From positions 672,001 through 736,000 of the forward strand of contig CAVYYI010000001.1 in assembly GCA_963772725.1 (NCBI GenBank): a stretch of 64,000 bases of DNA. The letters are read 5' to 3'. Within the stretch, counting starts at the first letter, position 1, and the number at the start of each line of letters is the position of its first letter. The notes beneath the pieces were generated by a model, which was not told where the DNA came from, did not search any database, and saw only the letters and a program-made list of their open reading frames with translations. The position numbers were made by a program, and so were the translations under genes. Below are positions 1-8,969 of the stretch, piece by piece. This DNA is from an uncultured Phycisphaerales bacterium (GTDB lineage Bacteria; Planctomycetota; Phycisphaerae; Sedimentisphaerales; Anaerobacaceae).

Positions 1-246
1 AGTGCGTCCTATAGCAGAAAAAGTATTGGATAAGGAAACTTTAGGATTATTAGATAGTGCTATCAAGGGTGCAACTAAACTTTGGAATGGCAATTGATCG
101 GATTAGTTGGTTTCACATTTTAATGTGAGCAAAATTAAAGATGCTTCGGATGTTTATGATTTTGTAAGATATACGTCGAATTTTATGATGGGCGGCTCTC
201 TTAATTCAGGAGCGTCCATGAAGTACATTTTTGGAGATTTTTAAAT

Positions 247-756
247 ATGGCAAGAAAGGCAGCGTTATTTCTCTCTCACTGGCACAAACTCTTTGATGGT
301 TTACAGGAGTCGTCCGAAAAGGTCTACCAGATAATAGAAGCGGAGGTTCGTAAGCAGAATTTACCTGATGTGAAATTATCCCGGGTAACGTATAGTGAAA
401 AGGGGATACTCTCCGCTAAGCGGGAGTACCTGAGAGTTAAGCGGCAGGGGCGTATTTTTGATATCTGTGCCGCGCCGTTTGGCAGTAATTTTTTCATTTC
501 CTGGTGGCTCGGCGAAACGCCGGGAGTTATAGCAAGTTTAATTATGCAAATCCCGGTTATAGGGCCATTGTTAGTCGGAACCTTCAAGCCGGAAACTTAC
601 TACACACTCGATACCACTCTAATGTTCCAGGATTCAGTGCATTCGGCAGTCCTTAATGCTATGGATAAATTTACAGCGATAAGAGGCCTTAGACTGATGA
701 CAGAGCTTGAAAGAAAACCAATTCTTAGCGATCTGCTCAGGAGTAAGATTGCATAG
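247..756 (+). CDS. Hypothetical protein with one hydrophobic segment, coupled to the downstream ATPase
   Basis: 169-aa ORF; hydrophobic stretch IASLIMQIPVIGPLLVGTF; next ATG 2 nt after the stop. Confidence 0.7.
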   Translation: MARKAALFLSHWHKLFDGLQESSEKVYQIIEAEVRKQNLPDVKLSRVTYSEKGILSAKREYLRVKRQGRIFDICAAPFGSNFFISWWLGETPGVIASLIMQIPVIGPLLVGTFKPETYYTLDTTLMFQDSVHSAVLNAMDKFTAIRGLRLMTELERKPILSDLLRSKIA

Positions 757-758
757 CC

Positions 759-3338
759 ATGTCTGATAGTGAAACAGAGAATCAAAACTCCATACCATCG
801 CTCAGCGAGCAGTTTACAGGCAATTTTTACAGGTGGGAAAAAAGAGGCCGGGGTTGGCAGGTCTGGCAAGATGCTGTGGATTTAGAGCCGGCATTTGAGC
901 CTTTCTTTCATTATCCTCTTGGGTTTCAGCCGGTAGGTGACGATGGCCGCAGACCGACATTCCTTAGTTCACTGGTAGAAAAACTTCACAGGTTCTTTAT
1001 AGGAGCAGAAAAACCAGAGCAAACTTCCCAGGAGTATCATTTAGATGAGCCAGAACAGCCTTTATTCGAAGATAGTTCCGCTTTAAATGAGATTACAGTT
1101 TCTCTATCAGCTAAGCAGAAAATTTCAACAGAATATGTCGAACAATTCCTCTTAAATCTGCGTTGTTGTTCGCTGCCTCTTAGTTTTGAGATTGTCGGAA
1201 CATCGCAGTCGAGCACCGTTCAGTTTGTCTGCCGTGAGTCTGATTTGCGGCAGGTCAGACAGCAGCTTAATGCCTATTTCCCTGATGCCGTTCTCTATAA
1301 AGAAGGCCGGACGCTTGACAACTTCTGTAATAGCAACAAGAAAACTGTGGTTGTTGACTTTGGCCTTTCACAGGAGTTTATGAGACCGCTTAGGACAATA
1401 AGGGATTTTGACCCTGATACGCTGACCGGCATTATCGGCGCTATGGAAAATCTCAATAATGGCGAACTTGGTATTTTGCAGGTTCTTTTTCAGCCTGTTT
1501 GTAATCCCTGGTCAGAGAGCGTTATAAGGTCGGTGACCGACTGGGAAGGCCGTAGTTTCTTTGCTGACAATCCTGATATGGTGGGTTTAGCCAGAGAAAA
1601 GATTGAAAAACCTCTGTTTGCTGTAGTTATCAGAGTTGTAGGTCAAAGTTCCTCAGATGCTCGTGCCTGGGAAATTGCAAGGGCATTAAGCGGTGGATTG
1701 GCCACGCTTACTAGTCCCCAGAGCAATGAACTCATTCCTTTATCCAACGATGGCTATGATGACTCAGTACACGCTGAGGATGTCTATTATCGCCAGAGCC
1801 GACGTAGCGGGATGCTGTTAAATAGCAGCGAGCTTATTTCCCTCGTCCACCCGCCCTCAGTTTCGGTTCGCGCCGCAAAACTTCGGCGGGAAGTTAAAAA
1901 GACAAAAGCCGCACCCGCTATTACAGCCGGCCATAAGTTTATCCTGGGACAAAATATCCATCAGGGCAAAGACAAAGTGGTAACCTTAAGCCCCGAACAA
2001 AGGCTCAGGCATATGCATGTTATCGGTGCAACCGGCACAGGTAAATCGACAATGCTTTTAAAGCTGATTATCCAGGATATAAACGATGGGCGAGGAATAG
2101 CCGTGCTTGACCCGCATGGCGATTTGATTGACCGCATATTAGGGTATATTCCGGAAAAGAGATTTGAGGATGTCGTTCTGCTTGACCCTTCTGATTCCGA
2201 TTATTCTGTTGGCATTAATATCCTTTCAGCCTATTCCGAAATTGATAAGACAGTGCTTTCTTCTGACTTAGTAGGTGTTTTTCGACGTCTTTCAACAAGC
2301 TGGGGCGACCAGATGAATTCAATCTTCGGCAATGCCATTCTCGCCTTCCTGGAAAGCGAGCGGGGCGGCACATTGGTAGATTTAAGACGTTTTTTGGTTG
2401 AGAAGGATTTTCGCGAAGATTTCCTCCGGACAGTTAAAGACCAGGATGTTATTTATTACTGGCATCAGGTATTTCGCCAACTGACCGGCAAGCTCCAGGC
2501 GCCGATTCTAACAAGGCTCGACACCTTTTTGCGTCCTAAGCCTATCCGTTATATGGTTGCCCAGAAGCATGGCCTCAATTTTCAGAATATTCTGGAAGGC
2601 AAAAAAATATTTCTCGCTAAACTTGCCCAGGGATTGATTGGTATGGAGAACGCTTATCTATTAGGCACTATTATTGTGTCCAAACTCCACCAGGCTGCTA
2701 TGGCCAGACAGGCAAGGGATATATCTGAAAGAGAGGATTTCTATCTGTATGTTGACGAGTTTCAGAACTTTGTCACGGAGTCTATGACCGAAATCCTCTC
2801 TGGAGCGAGAAAATATCACTTTGGTCTTATTCTGGCACACCAGGAGTTGCGTCAGCTGTGGGCCAAAGATAGTGAATTGGCAAGCTCTGTAATCTCAAAC
2901 CCTGGCACACGTATCTGTTTTCGCTTGGGGGATTTCGATGCCAAAAAGCTTGAGGATGGTTTCTCCGCTTTTGACGCACATGATTTGCAGAATCTTGGTG
3001 TCGGCGAGGCAGTAGCGAGGATTGAGCGGGCTGAGTATGATTTTAATCTAAAGACCATGCCGCCGCCTAATGTCGATATGCAGACCGCTCGCAACCGTCA
3101 GGAAAAGATAATGGCCATCAGCCGCCGGAAGTATGCCCTACCTAAGCAGGAAATAGAGCAGCTTTTGAAAATAGAAGAGGTTCAGCCGGTAGAGAAAGAA
3201 AAACATATTCCGCAGGTGCTGGCGGCCCCAAAGACAGAATTTGCCGAGGTAAAAGAGCAGGTCGAACAGGATATAAGGAAAGAACAACCTTTATATTACC
3301 GGCGGGAAAAAGCTGGGGCAGATGAACCGCAGTCTTGA
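759..3338 (+). CDS. VirD4/TrwB/HerA-FtsK superfamily P-loop ATPase (type IV coupling protein-like)
   Basis: RHMHVIGATGTGKS Walker A, VLDPHGD, LYVDEFQNF Walker B, ARKYHFGLILAHQ. Confidence 0.85.
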   Translation: MSDSETENQNSIPSLSEQFTGNFYRWEKRGRGWQVWQDAVDLEPAFEPFFHYPLGFQPVGDDGRRPTFLSSLVEKLHRFFIGAEKPEQTSQEYHLDEPEQPLFEDSSALNEITVSLSAKQKISTEYVEQFLLNLRCCSLPLSFEIVGTSQSSTVQFVCRESDLRQVRQQLNAYFPDAVLYKEGRTLDNFCNSNKKTVVVDFGLSQEFMRPLRTIRDFDPDTLTGIIGAMENLNNGELGILQVLFQPVCNPWSESVIRSVTDWEGRSFFADNPDMVGLAREKIEKPLFAVVIRVVGQSSSDARAWEIARALSGGLATLTSPQSNELIPLSNDGYDDSVHAEDVYYRQSRRSGMLLNSSELISLVHPPSVSVRAAKLRREVKKTKAAPAITAGHKFILGQNIHQGKDKVVTLSPEQRLRHMHVIGATGTGKSTMLLKLIIQDINDGRGIAVLDPHGDLIDRILGYIPEKRFEDVVLLDPSDSDYSVGINILSAYSEIDKTVLSSDLVGVFRRLSTSWGDQMNSIFGNAILAFLESERGGTLVDLRRFLVEKDFREDFLRTVKDQDVIYYWHQVFRQLTGKLQAPILTRLDTFLRPKPIRYMVAQKHGLNFQNILEGKKIFLAKLAQGLIGMENAYLLGTIIVSKLHQAAMARQARDISEREDFYLYVDEFQNFVTESMTEILSGARKYHFGLILAHQELRQLWAKDSELASSVISNPGTRICFRLGDFDAKKLEDGFSAFDAHDLQNLGVGEAVARIERAEYDFNLKTMPPPNVDMQTARNRQEKIMAISRRKYALPKQEIEQLLKIEEVQPVEKEKHIPQVLAAPKTEFAEVKEQVEQDIRKEQPLYYRREKAGADEPQS

Positions 3339-3852
3339 AGGTATTGGTGGGGGCAGACATAGGGACATCCAGAATGAAATAAAAAAGGTAGCCCAACAAA
3401 ATGGGTTTCTATCCTTAATTGAACATCCGACACCGGATAGGACAGGAAAGGTCGATGTTCATTTGGAGCGGCAAGGGATAAAGATAGCCTGTGAAGTCTC
3501 GGTGACTTCAACTGCTGAGCATGAATTGGGAAATATTAAAAAATGCTTGTCAGCAGGTTACAATAGAGCGGTTTTATGCTCGCCTGATGAAAAGATTTTA
3601 AGCAAAGTAAGAAAGCTGGCCTTAAAGAATCTTAAAGAGCCTGAACAGCAAAAGATTTTGTTTTTCCTGCCGGAAGAACTTACATCTTACATAATAGAAG
3701 AAGCAGCTAAAGCGGCAAGTGTTGCTCAGACGATAAGAGGTTACCATGTTAAAAGCCATCTCAAGCCGGTCACCGGTGAAAAGAAGGAAGCTAAGCGTAA
3801 GTCTATTTTCAGCGTTCTTTGGCCTTTGGGACGGACGAGGAATGAAAAATAA
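3322..3852 (+). CDS. PD-(D/E)XK-like nuclease domain; probably the frameshifted C-terminus of the preceding ATPase
   Basis: IEHPT...KVDVHLERQGIKIACEVS pattern; overlaps the ATPase end by 17 nt in another frame. Confidence 0.6.
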   Translation: MNRSLEGIGGGRHRDIQNEIKKVAQQNGFLSLIEHPTPDRTGKVDVHLERQGIKIACEVSVTSTAEHELGNIKKCLSAGYNRAVLCSPDEKILSKVRKLALKNLKEPEQQKILFFLPEELTSYIIEEAAKAASVAQTIRGYHVKSHLKPVTGEKKEAKRKSIFSVLWPLGRTRNEK

Positions 3853-3928
3853 AAAGCTGACGGATAGACAGACATTAGGCAAAGATAATAACAAATATAA
3901 AATATGATTGTTCGGTAAGTAGTAGTAA

Positions 3929-6900
3929 TTGACAAATAGACGTTTTTGGGGAAAATGGATGAAATTATTTTATGGTGGTCTAATATGGATCATAAGATTA
4001 CAGAAAAGTCTTACAATTTGGAAACGTTTTTGGTGTTCGAGAGAAGCGGGTTTTAACCTCGGTGACGATGGTTTTCTCTTTGACCCTGATTCAGAATTTG
4101 GCAAGGTTTTAAATTCAAATCTTGTTTCTTCCGAAGACCTTTATCAATATCAGTGTTTAGGTCTTTTGGGTGAACCCGGTATAGGTAAATCATACGAAAT
4201 TAGGAAACTTAGCGGCGCCATTTCGCCGCAATTCCACGAGACCGATAATGTGCTTTCTTTAGATTTACGTTCATATGGACAAGAGTCTCGCCTTTACTCT
4301 GCAATTTTTGAGACCGAAAAATTTAAAAAATGGATTGCAGGGAGGCAGCGGCTATACTTATTTTTAGACAGTCTTGATGAGTGTTTACTTCATATTAAAA
4401 CAGTGACTTCTTTACTCGAAGAAGAGTTTGCAAAATATCCAGTTGAAAGACTGGCCTTAAGAATTGCATGCCGAACAGCAGAATGGCCATATTCTTTTGA
4501 ACAAGCATTAGAACAAATTTATGGCAAGGAAAATATTAAAGTACATGAACTGGTTCCTCTTAGAAAAAAAGATGTCCATAACGCAGCCAATTGTGAAGGC
4601 ATTAATGTTTCCGACCAATTCATCGAAGCACTCGTAAAGAATAACGCGGTTCCGCTCGCAATTAAGCCTGTAACTCTCGATATGTTAATCAAACTTTATA
4701 AACAAACTGGTGCTCTTCCTTCAAAGCAATCTGAACTGTATGAAAAAGGCTGCCTCTTAATGTGCGAAGAACCCAGTGAACGCCGACGTGAAATTGGGAC
4801 AAACAGCAATTTTCCAGCAAATGTCCTTTTAGTTGCGGCCTCAAGAATAGCTGCTGTAACTTTATTTGGAAACAGTTGTACTGTTTGGACAGACATAGGC
4901 AACAGCGATGTTTCGCAAGAAGATATAACTATCAGTTCATTAGTTGGTGGTAATGAACGCGTTGAAAATACATCCTTTCCGGTTACGAACGATTTGATTA
5001 AGGCAACAATAAAAACAGGTCTTTTCACTTCTCGCGGCCCACATCGGATGGGTTGGGCACATCAGACATATGCTGAATTTCTTGCAGCACGGTATTTGAC
5101 TCAATCGGGAATGAACAAAAAGCAAATCATGAGCTTATTAATTCATCCTTCTGACCTTCAACAAAAACTTGTACCACAATTATATGAAACCGCTGCTTGG
5201 ACAGTTAATATGAACGATGATATTTTCAATGAAATTATGTATTATGACCCTGAAGTTCTTCTCAGAAGCGATGTTGCTTCATTTGAACCACAGGCCAGAC
5301 AAAAATTGGTTCAGAAGATTTTGGTTTTGTGTGAGGAAGAAAAGCTTATTGATAGGGATATCAATCAATACTACCCAAAATTGAATCATCCTTTATTAGC
5401 AGAGCAACTTAAACCATATATTGCAAATAAAAATAAGGGTTTTCTGGTTAGACGCGTAGCTGTTGATATTGTTGAAGCCTGTAAAGTTAATGAGCTTTTG
5501 CCGGAATTAATAGAAGTTGTACTCGACCAAACTGACAGCACGTTGACCCGAAAAAATGCAGCTTATGCAATTGAGCGAATCGGTGATTCTAAGGCCAAGG
5601 GTACACTTAAACCGTTTGCGATAGGTCGTGGTGGTAGCGACCCTGATGATGAATTGAAAGGAATAGCTTTAAAAGCTTGCTGGCCAGAACATGTTACAGC
5701 GCAGGAACTTTTTGGGGTACTTACTCCTCCTCAAAATGAAAACTATGTTGGGTCGTATGAAATGTTCTTGGGAAATTTACCAGAACAACTCGGGAAATTC
5801 CTGAATGCGACGGATTTTAAGTATGCCTTGAAGTGGGTTGCAACCGTAATTAACAAGGGTCGGCATGACAAAGAAATCTTCAGCAAAATAGAAGAATGGA
5901 TTATGATTCAGGGATGGCAGCATTTGCTTGATTTGCCAGAATTGATAGAACCTTTTGCGGAGGCCGCACTATCTCGCATAATGCAGTATAAGCCAATTGC
6001 TCAAGGGAGTGAGGAAAAACCATTTAGCGAGTTAATTAGTTGCGAACATGAAAAAAGGCAACTGATATTGAAATCTTTGTTGTCGCTACCGACTATTTCA
6101 GAAAGCAATATCGTTATACTTGCGTTTTCGCAAACTCCGCTTGCAATTAGTGAGGATATACCGTGGCTAATACAACAGTATGGGGAAAAAAATACTGAAG
6201 AACGAAGAATATTAGCAAAGCTAATTATATTTGTGTTCAGTCGCGAAAACTTTAAATACCTTGACATGATATTAGAAGCCAGACAAAAATTTCCTGACAT
6301 TGCAAAGGAACTTTCATGGATGAATCCTGTTGTAATAGAATCTCCTGAGGGTAGGAAGCTTAAAGCAGAGTATTTGAAGCACCAGAGGTTACAGGTACAG
6401 CATGAAAAAAGAAGGGAGAGATTACTTTTAATGTCGCCGTCCCCAAAACGAGTCTTGGCTCTTCTCGATAAGTTTGAAGCTGGCGAGGTAAATGCCTGGT
6501 GGCAACTTAATTTAGAAATGACACTTAAGGATGAGTTAGAGTCTAATTTAAGAGAATTACCCGTTTGGAAGGAACTGGATGAAGTGAATCATATGAGACT
6601 CGTAAAAGCAGCAAAAAATTATCTTATTAGCCCGCCCCCGGAGGATAAATCTTGGATAGGCACGAATACTTTTAACCGAGCATATGCGGCTGGATACAGG
6701 GCATTGGTACTTTTAATGAACGAGGAACCTGTTTTCGTTTCTCATTTGCCGGAAACAGTTTGGAAATTTTGGGCTCCTATTATTGTGGCATATCCGTTTA
6801 ATAGTAGCGGAGACAACGAGCCACACATCTCAATAATCAAGATGGCGTATCGAGCAGTTCCAGAGGATGTAATCAGTTCGCTGTTAACTCTCGTTGATAA

Positions 6901-8212
6901 AGAAAATACTGAATTTGACCACATATTTATTGCCAGAAGGATTGAATGCTGCTTGGATGACCGCCTATTTGAAACGCTATTAGTTAAGGTTCATTCTGAG
7001 GTTTTGAAGCCAAGTTGCATGGGTGATTTGCTCGATTTGTTAATTAGTCACGGATACAAAGCCGCGATTGAGTTTGTCATGTCCAGAATTATTATTCCTT
7101 TACCCAAACAAAATCTTGACCGAGAGCGTGTTATAGTTTTGGCTGAATCATTATTTGCGAACAACCCAAGTGCTGGATGGCACATTATTTGGTCAGCAAT
7201 TCAAAGTGATGTTGAGTTTGGACGGGCAGTTTTCGAGAAGTTTGTCCATTTATATAGGCATGAAAGAATAGCCTTATTTACTCATCACCTCAACGAAACA
7301 CAAATAGCAGATATGTATATCTGGCTGGTCAAGCAATACCCGCATAAAGAAGACCCGCAACAGCAAGGTGCCCACTTTGTAGGGGTTCGTGAAAACATAG
7401 CTCACTTCAGAGAAGGGCTATTGGAACAACTAAAGGTTCACGGGACTCCGGAATCGTGTCAACAAATATATCGTATCATGGACGAATTACCACAATTAAC
7501 TTGGATGAAATGGGTTAATATAGAAGCTGGGAAAAATACCAGAACCAGAACTTGGAAGCCACTTACAGCCGAGCAAATAATTAGGCTCGCACAAGATAGC
7601 CAGTGCAGCTTTGTAGAAAATGGTAGACAATTGCTTGATGTGATATGTGATTCCTTGCATCGTTTACAGCAAAAACTTCTTGGGGAAATACCAGCGGTAT
7701 ATGACCTCTGGGACAATCGAGGCGATAGTCACAACCCCCAATATTGCCCCAAAGATGAATCTCATCTTAGTAACTATATCGCAAGACACCTCGCTGATGA
7801 CCTTGGACAGCAAAGAGGAATAATTGTCAACCGAGAGGTTCAAATTAGGCAAGGGCAAAAAACTGATATACATATCGATGCTGTTAATCCCAGAAGTGGT
7901 AGCGGGGTCGATATAATCAAAGCCATAATTGAAGTCAAGGGCTGCTGGAACAACGAATTGGAATCAGCCATAGAAACACAGCTTGTAGAAAGATATCTGC
8001 ATGATAATCAATGTCCTAACGGTCTTTATTTAATCGGCTGGTTCACTTGTGACAAATGGGCGGATGTTGATTATAGAAAGAAAAATATCCCCAAATGTTT
8101 GATTGATGAAGCCCAGAATCTTTTTACCCAAAAAGTACATGTATTGTCTCAACAATCAGAAATTCCGAGTCTTTTGTTGAAATTTTACATTTTAGATGCG
8201 AAGTTAGCTTGA
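3929..8212 (+). CDS. NACHT/STAND-like NTPase with helical repeats and a C-terminal restriction-endonuclease-like domain
   Basis: GEPGIGKS Walker A, LFLDSLDE Walker B, IACRT, WAHQTYAEFLAARYL; C-terminal NREVQI..TDIHIDA..IIEVKGCWN. True start may be ATG 3985 (GGTGG upstream) with one extra T near 4017-4019, giving MDHKITEKSYNWKRFWC. Confidence 0.8.
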   Translation: MTNRRFWGKWMKLFYGGLIWIIRLQKSLTIWKRFWCSREAGFNLGDDGFLFDPDSEFGKVLNSNLVSSEDLYQYQCLGLLGEPGIGKSYEIRKLSGAISPQFHETDNVLSLDLRSYGQESRLYSAIFETEKFKKWIAGRQRLYLFLDSLDECLLHIKTVTSLLEEEFAKYPVERLALRIACRTAEWPYSFEQALEQIYGKENIKVHELVPLRKKDVHNAANCEGINVSDQFIEALVKNNAVPLAIKPVTLDMLIKLYKQTGALPSKQSELYEKGCLLMCEEPSERRREIGTNSNFPANVLLVAASRIAAVTLFGNSCTVWTDIGNSDVSQEDITISSLVGGNERVENTSFPVTNDLIKATIKTGLFTSRGPHRMGWAHQTYAEFLAARYLTQSGMNKKQIMSLLIHPSDLQQKLVPQLYETAAWTVNMNDDIFNEIMYYDPEVLLRSDVASFEPQARQKLVQKILVLCEEEKLIDRDINQYYPKLNHPLLAEQLKPYIANKNKGFLVRRVAVDIVEACKVNELLPELIEVVLDQTDSTLTRKNAAYAIERIGDSKAKGTLKPFAIGRGGSDPDDELKGIALKACWPEHVTAQELFGVLTPPQNENYVGSYEMFLGNLPEQLGKFLNATDFKYALKWVATVINKGRHDKEIFSKIEEWIMIQGWQHLLDLPELIEPFAEAALSRIMQYKPIAQGSEEKPFSELISCEHEKRQLILKSLLSLPTISESNIVILAFSQTPLAISEDIPWLIQQYGEKNTEERRILAKLIIFVFSRENFKYLDMILEARQKFPDIAKELSWMNPVVIESPEGRKLKAEYLKHQRLQVQHEKRRERLLLMSPSPKRVLALLDKFEAGEVNAWWQLNLEMTLKDELESNLRELPVWKELDEVNHMRLVKAAKNYLISPPPEDKSWIGTNTFNRAYAAGYRALVLLMNEEPVFVSHLPETVWKFWAPIIVAYPFNSSGDNEPHISIIKMAYRAVPEDVISSLLTLVDKENTEFDHIFIARRIECCLDDRLFETLLVKVHSEVLKPSCMGDLLDLLISHGYKAAIEFVMSRIIIPLPKQNLDRERVIVLAESLFANNPSAGWHIIWSAIQSDVEFGRAVFEKFVHLYRHERIALFTHHLNETQIADMYIWLVKQYPHKEDPQQQGAHFVGVRENIAHFREGLLEQLKVHGTPESCQQIYRIMDELPQLTWMKWVNIEAGKNTRTRTWKPLTAEQIIRLAQDSQCSFVENGRQLLDVICDSLHRLQQKLLGEIPAVYDLWDNRGDSHNPQYCPKDESHLSNYIARHLADDLGQQRGIIVNREVQIRQGQKTDIHIDAVNPRSGSGVDIIKAIIEVKGCWNNELESAIETQLVERYLHDNQCPNGLYLIGWFTCDKWADVDYRKKNIPKCLIDEAQNLFTQKVHVLSQQSEIPSLLLKFYILDAKLA

Positions 8213-8934
8213 AAAAGCTGGTCAATAGGTGCTTTTACACTTTCAGCTTGATTTTGCAGAAAGGGTACGGATTGGGTTCCGAATATAGCGTTAATCAGCC
8301 TTTTTGGCGGTTTTCAAAGGGTCATATCCAAGAAAATCAATTATCTTTGGCAAACGGCAAATATTAGGTATAGAACGGCTATGCTCCCAATTTGCGATAG
8401 TTCCTGGGTGTATACCGACTTTTTGAGCTAATTCTGCTTGGCTTATTCCTTGTTGTAGCCGTTTTCTGCTTAATTTGGCACCTATGTTTTTTGATTGTTG
8501 CCTGTAAAAAGACTTACCGTACCAATCTTTAATAGGTTTAGCGGCTTTTAGAGTGATTTTGCAGAAAGGGAACGGAACCTTCCTGCTCCGATGTGATTTA
8601 AGAGTAAATACCGGCAGAAATCAAAAGGCGGGAATCGAAAAAAATCAGCGACGCCATTCGGCTTTGCGGACCATAAGCGGGGGGACTAATTTTACTCGGC
8701 TTTTGGGGGAGTTTGAGGCGGTGCAGCTTCGGTTGCTTGGATACCACTTCACGTCTAATAACGGTATCTTAGGCACTAAAGTTTTTTTTGTTAATCTATC
8801 AAACATCATAATAACCTCAATTACAGGTGACTTATAACGGCCAATGGCCTATCACCCTCCCCCTCATCGGCAAAATCTGAGAGGGACTTTCGAAAAATAT
8901 TCAGACTTTTCGGCTGGTTTGGACTCGCTAAAAA

Positions 8935-8963
8935 TTGACAGCATCGTCAGCAGGGGCTATATT
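8935..8963 (+). promoter_or_regulatory. sigma70-type promoter of polA
   Basis: TTGACA (8935-8940), 17-nt spacer, TATATT (8958-8963). Confidence 0.7.
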
Positions 8964-8969
8964 GTCGGG

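Noticed and set aside
1..244. End of an upstream gene in frame 2 with in-frame TGA and TAG, as possible stop-codon readthrough
   Set aside because: Truncated by the window edge; all other genes use standard stops, so cannot be supported
8553..8837. 94-aa ORF at the island edge, also ORFs 29949-30257 and 51469-51822
   Set aside because: No motifs or clear RBS; they overlap repeats or regulatory sequence
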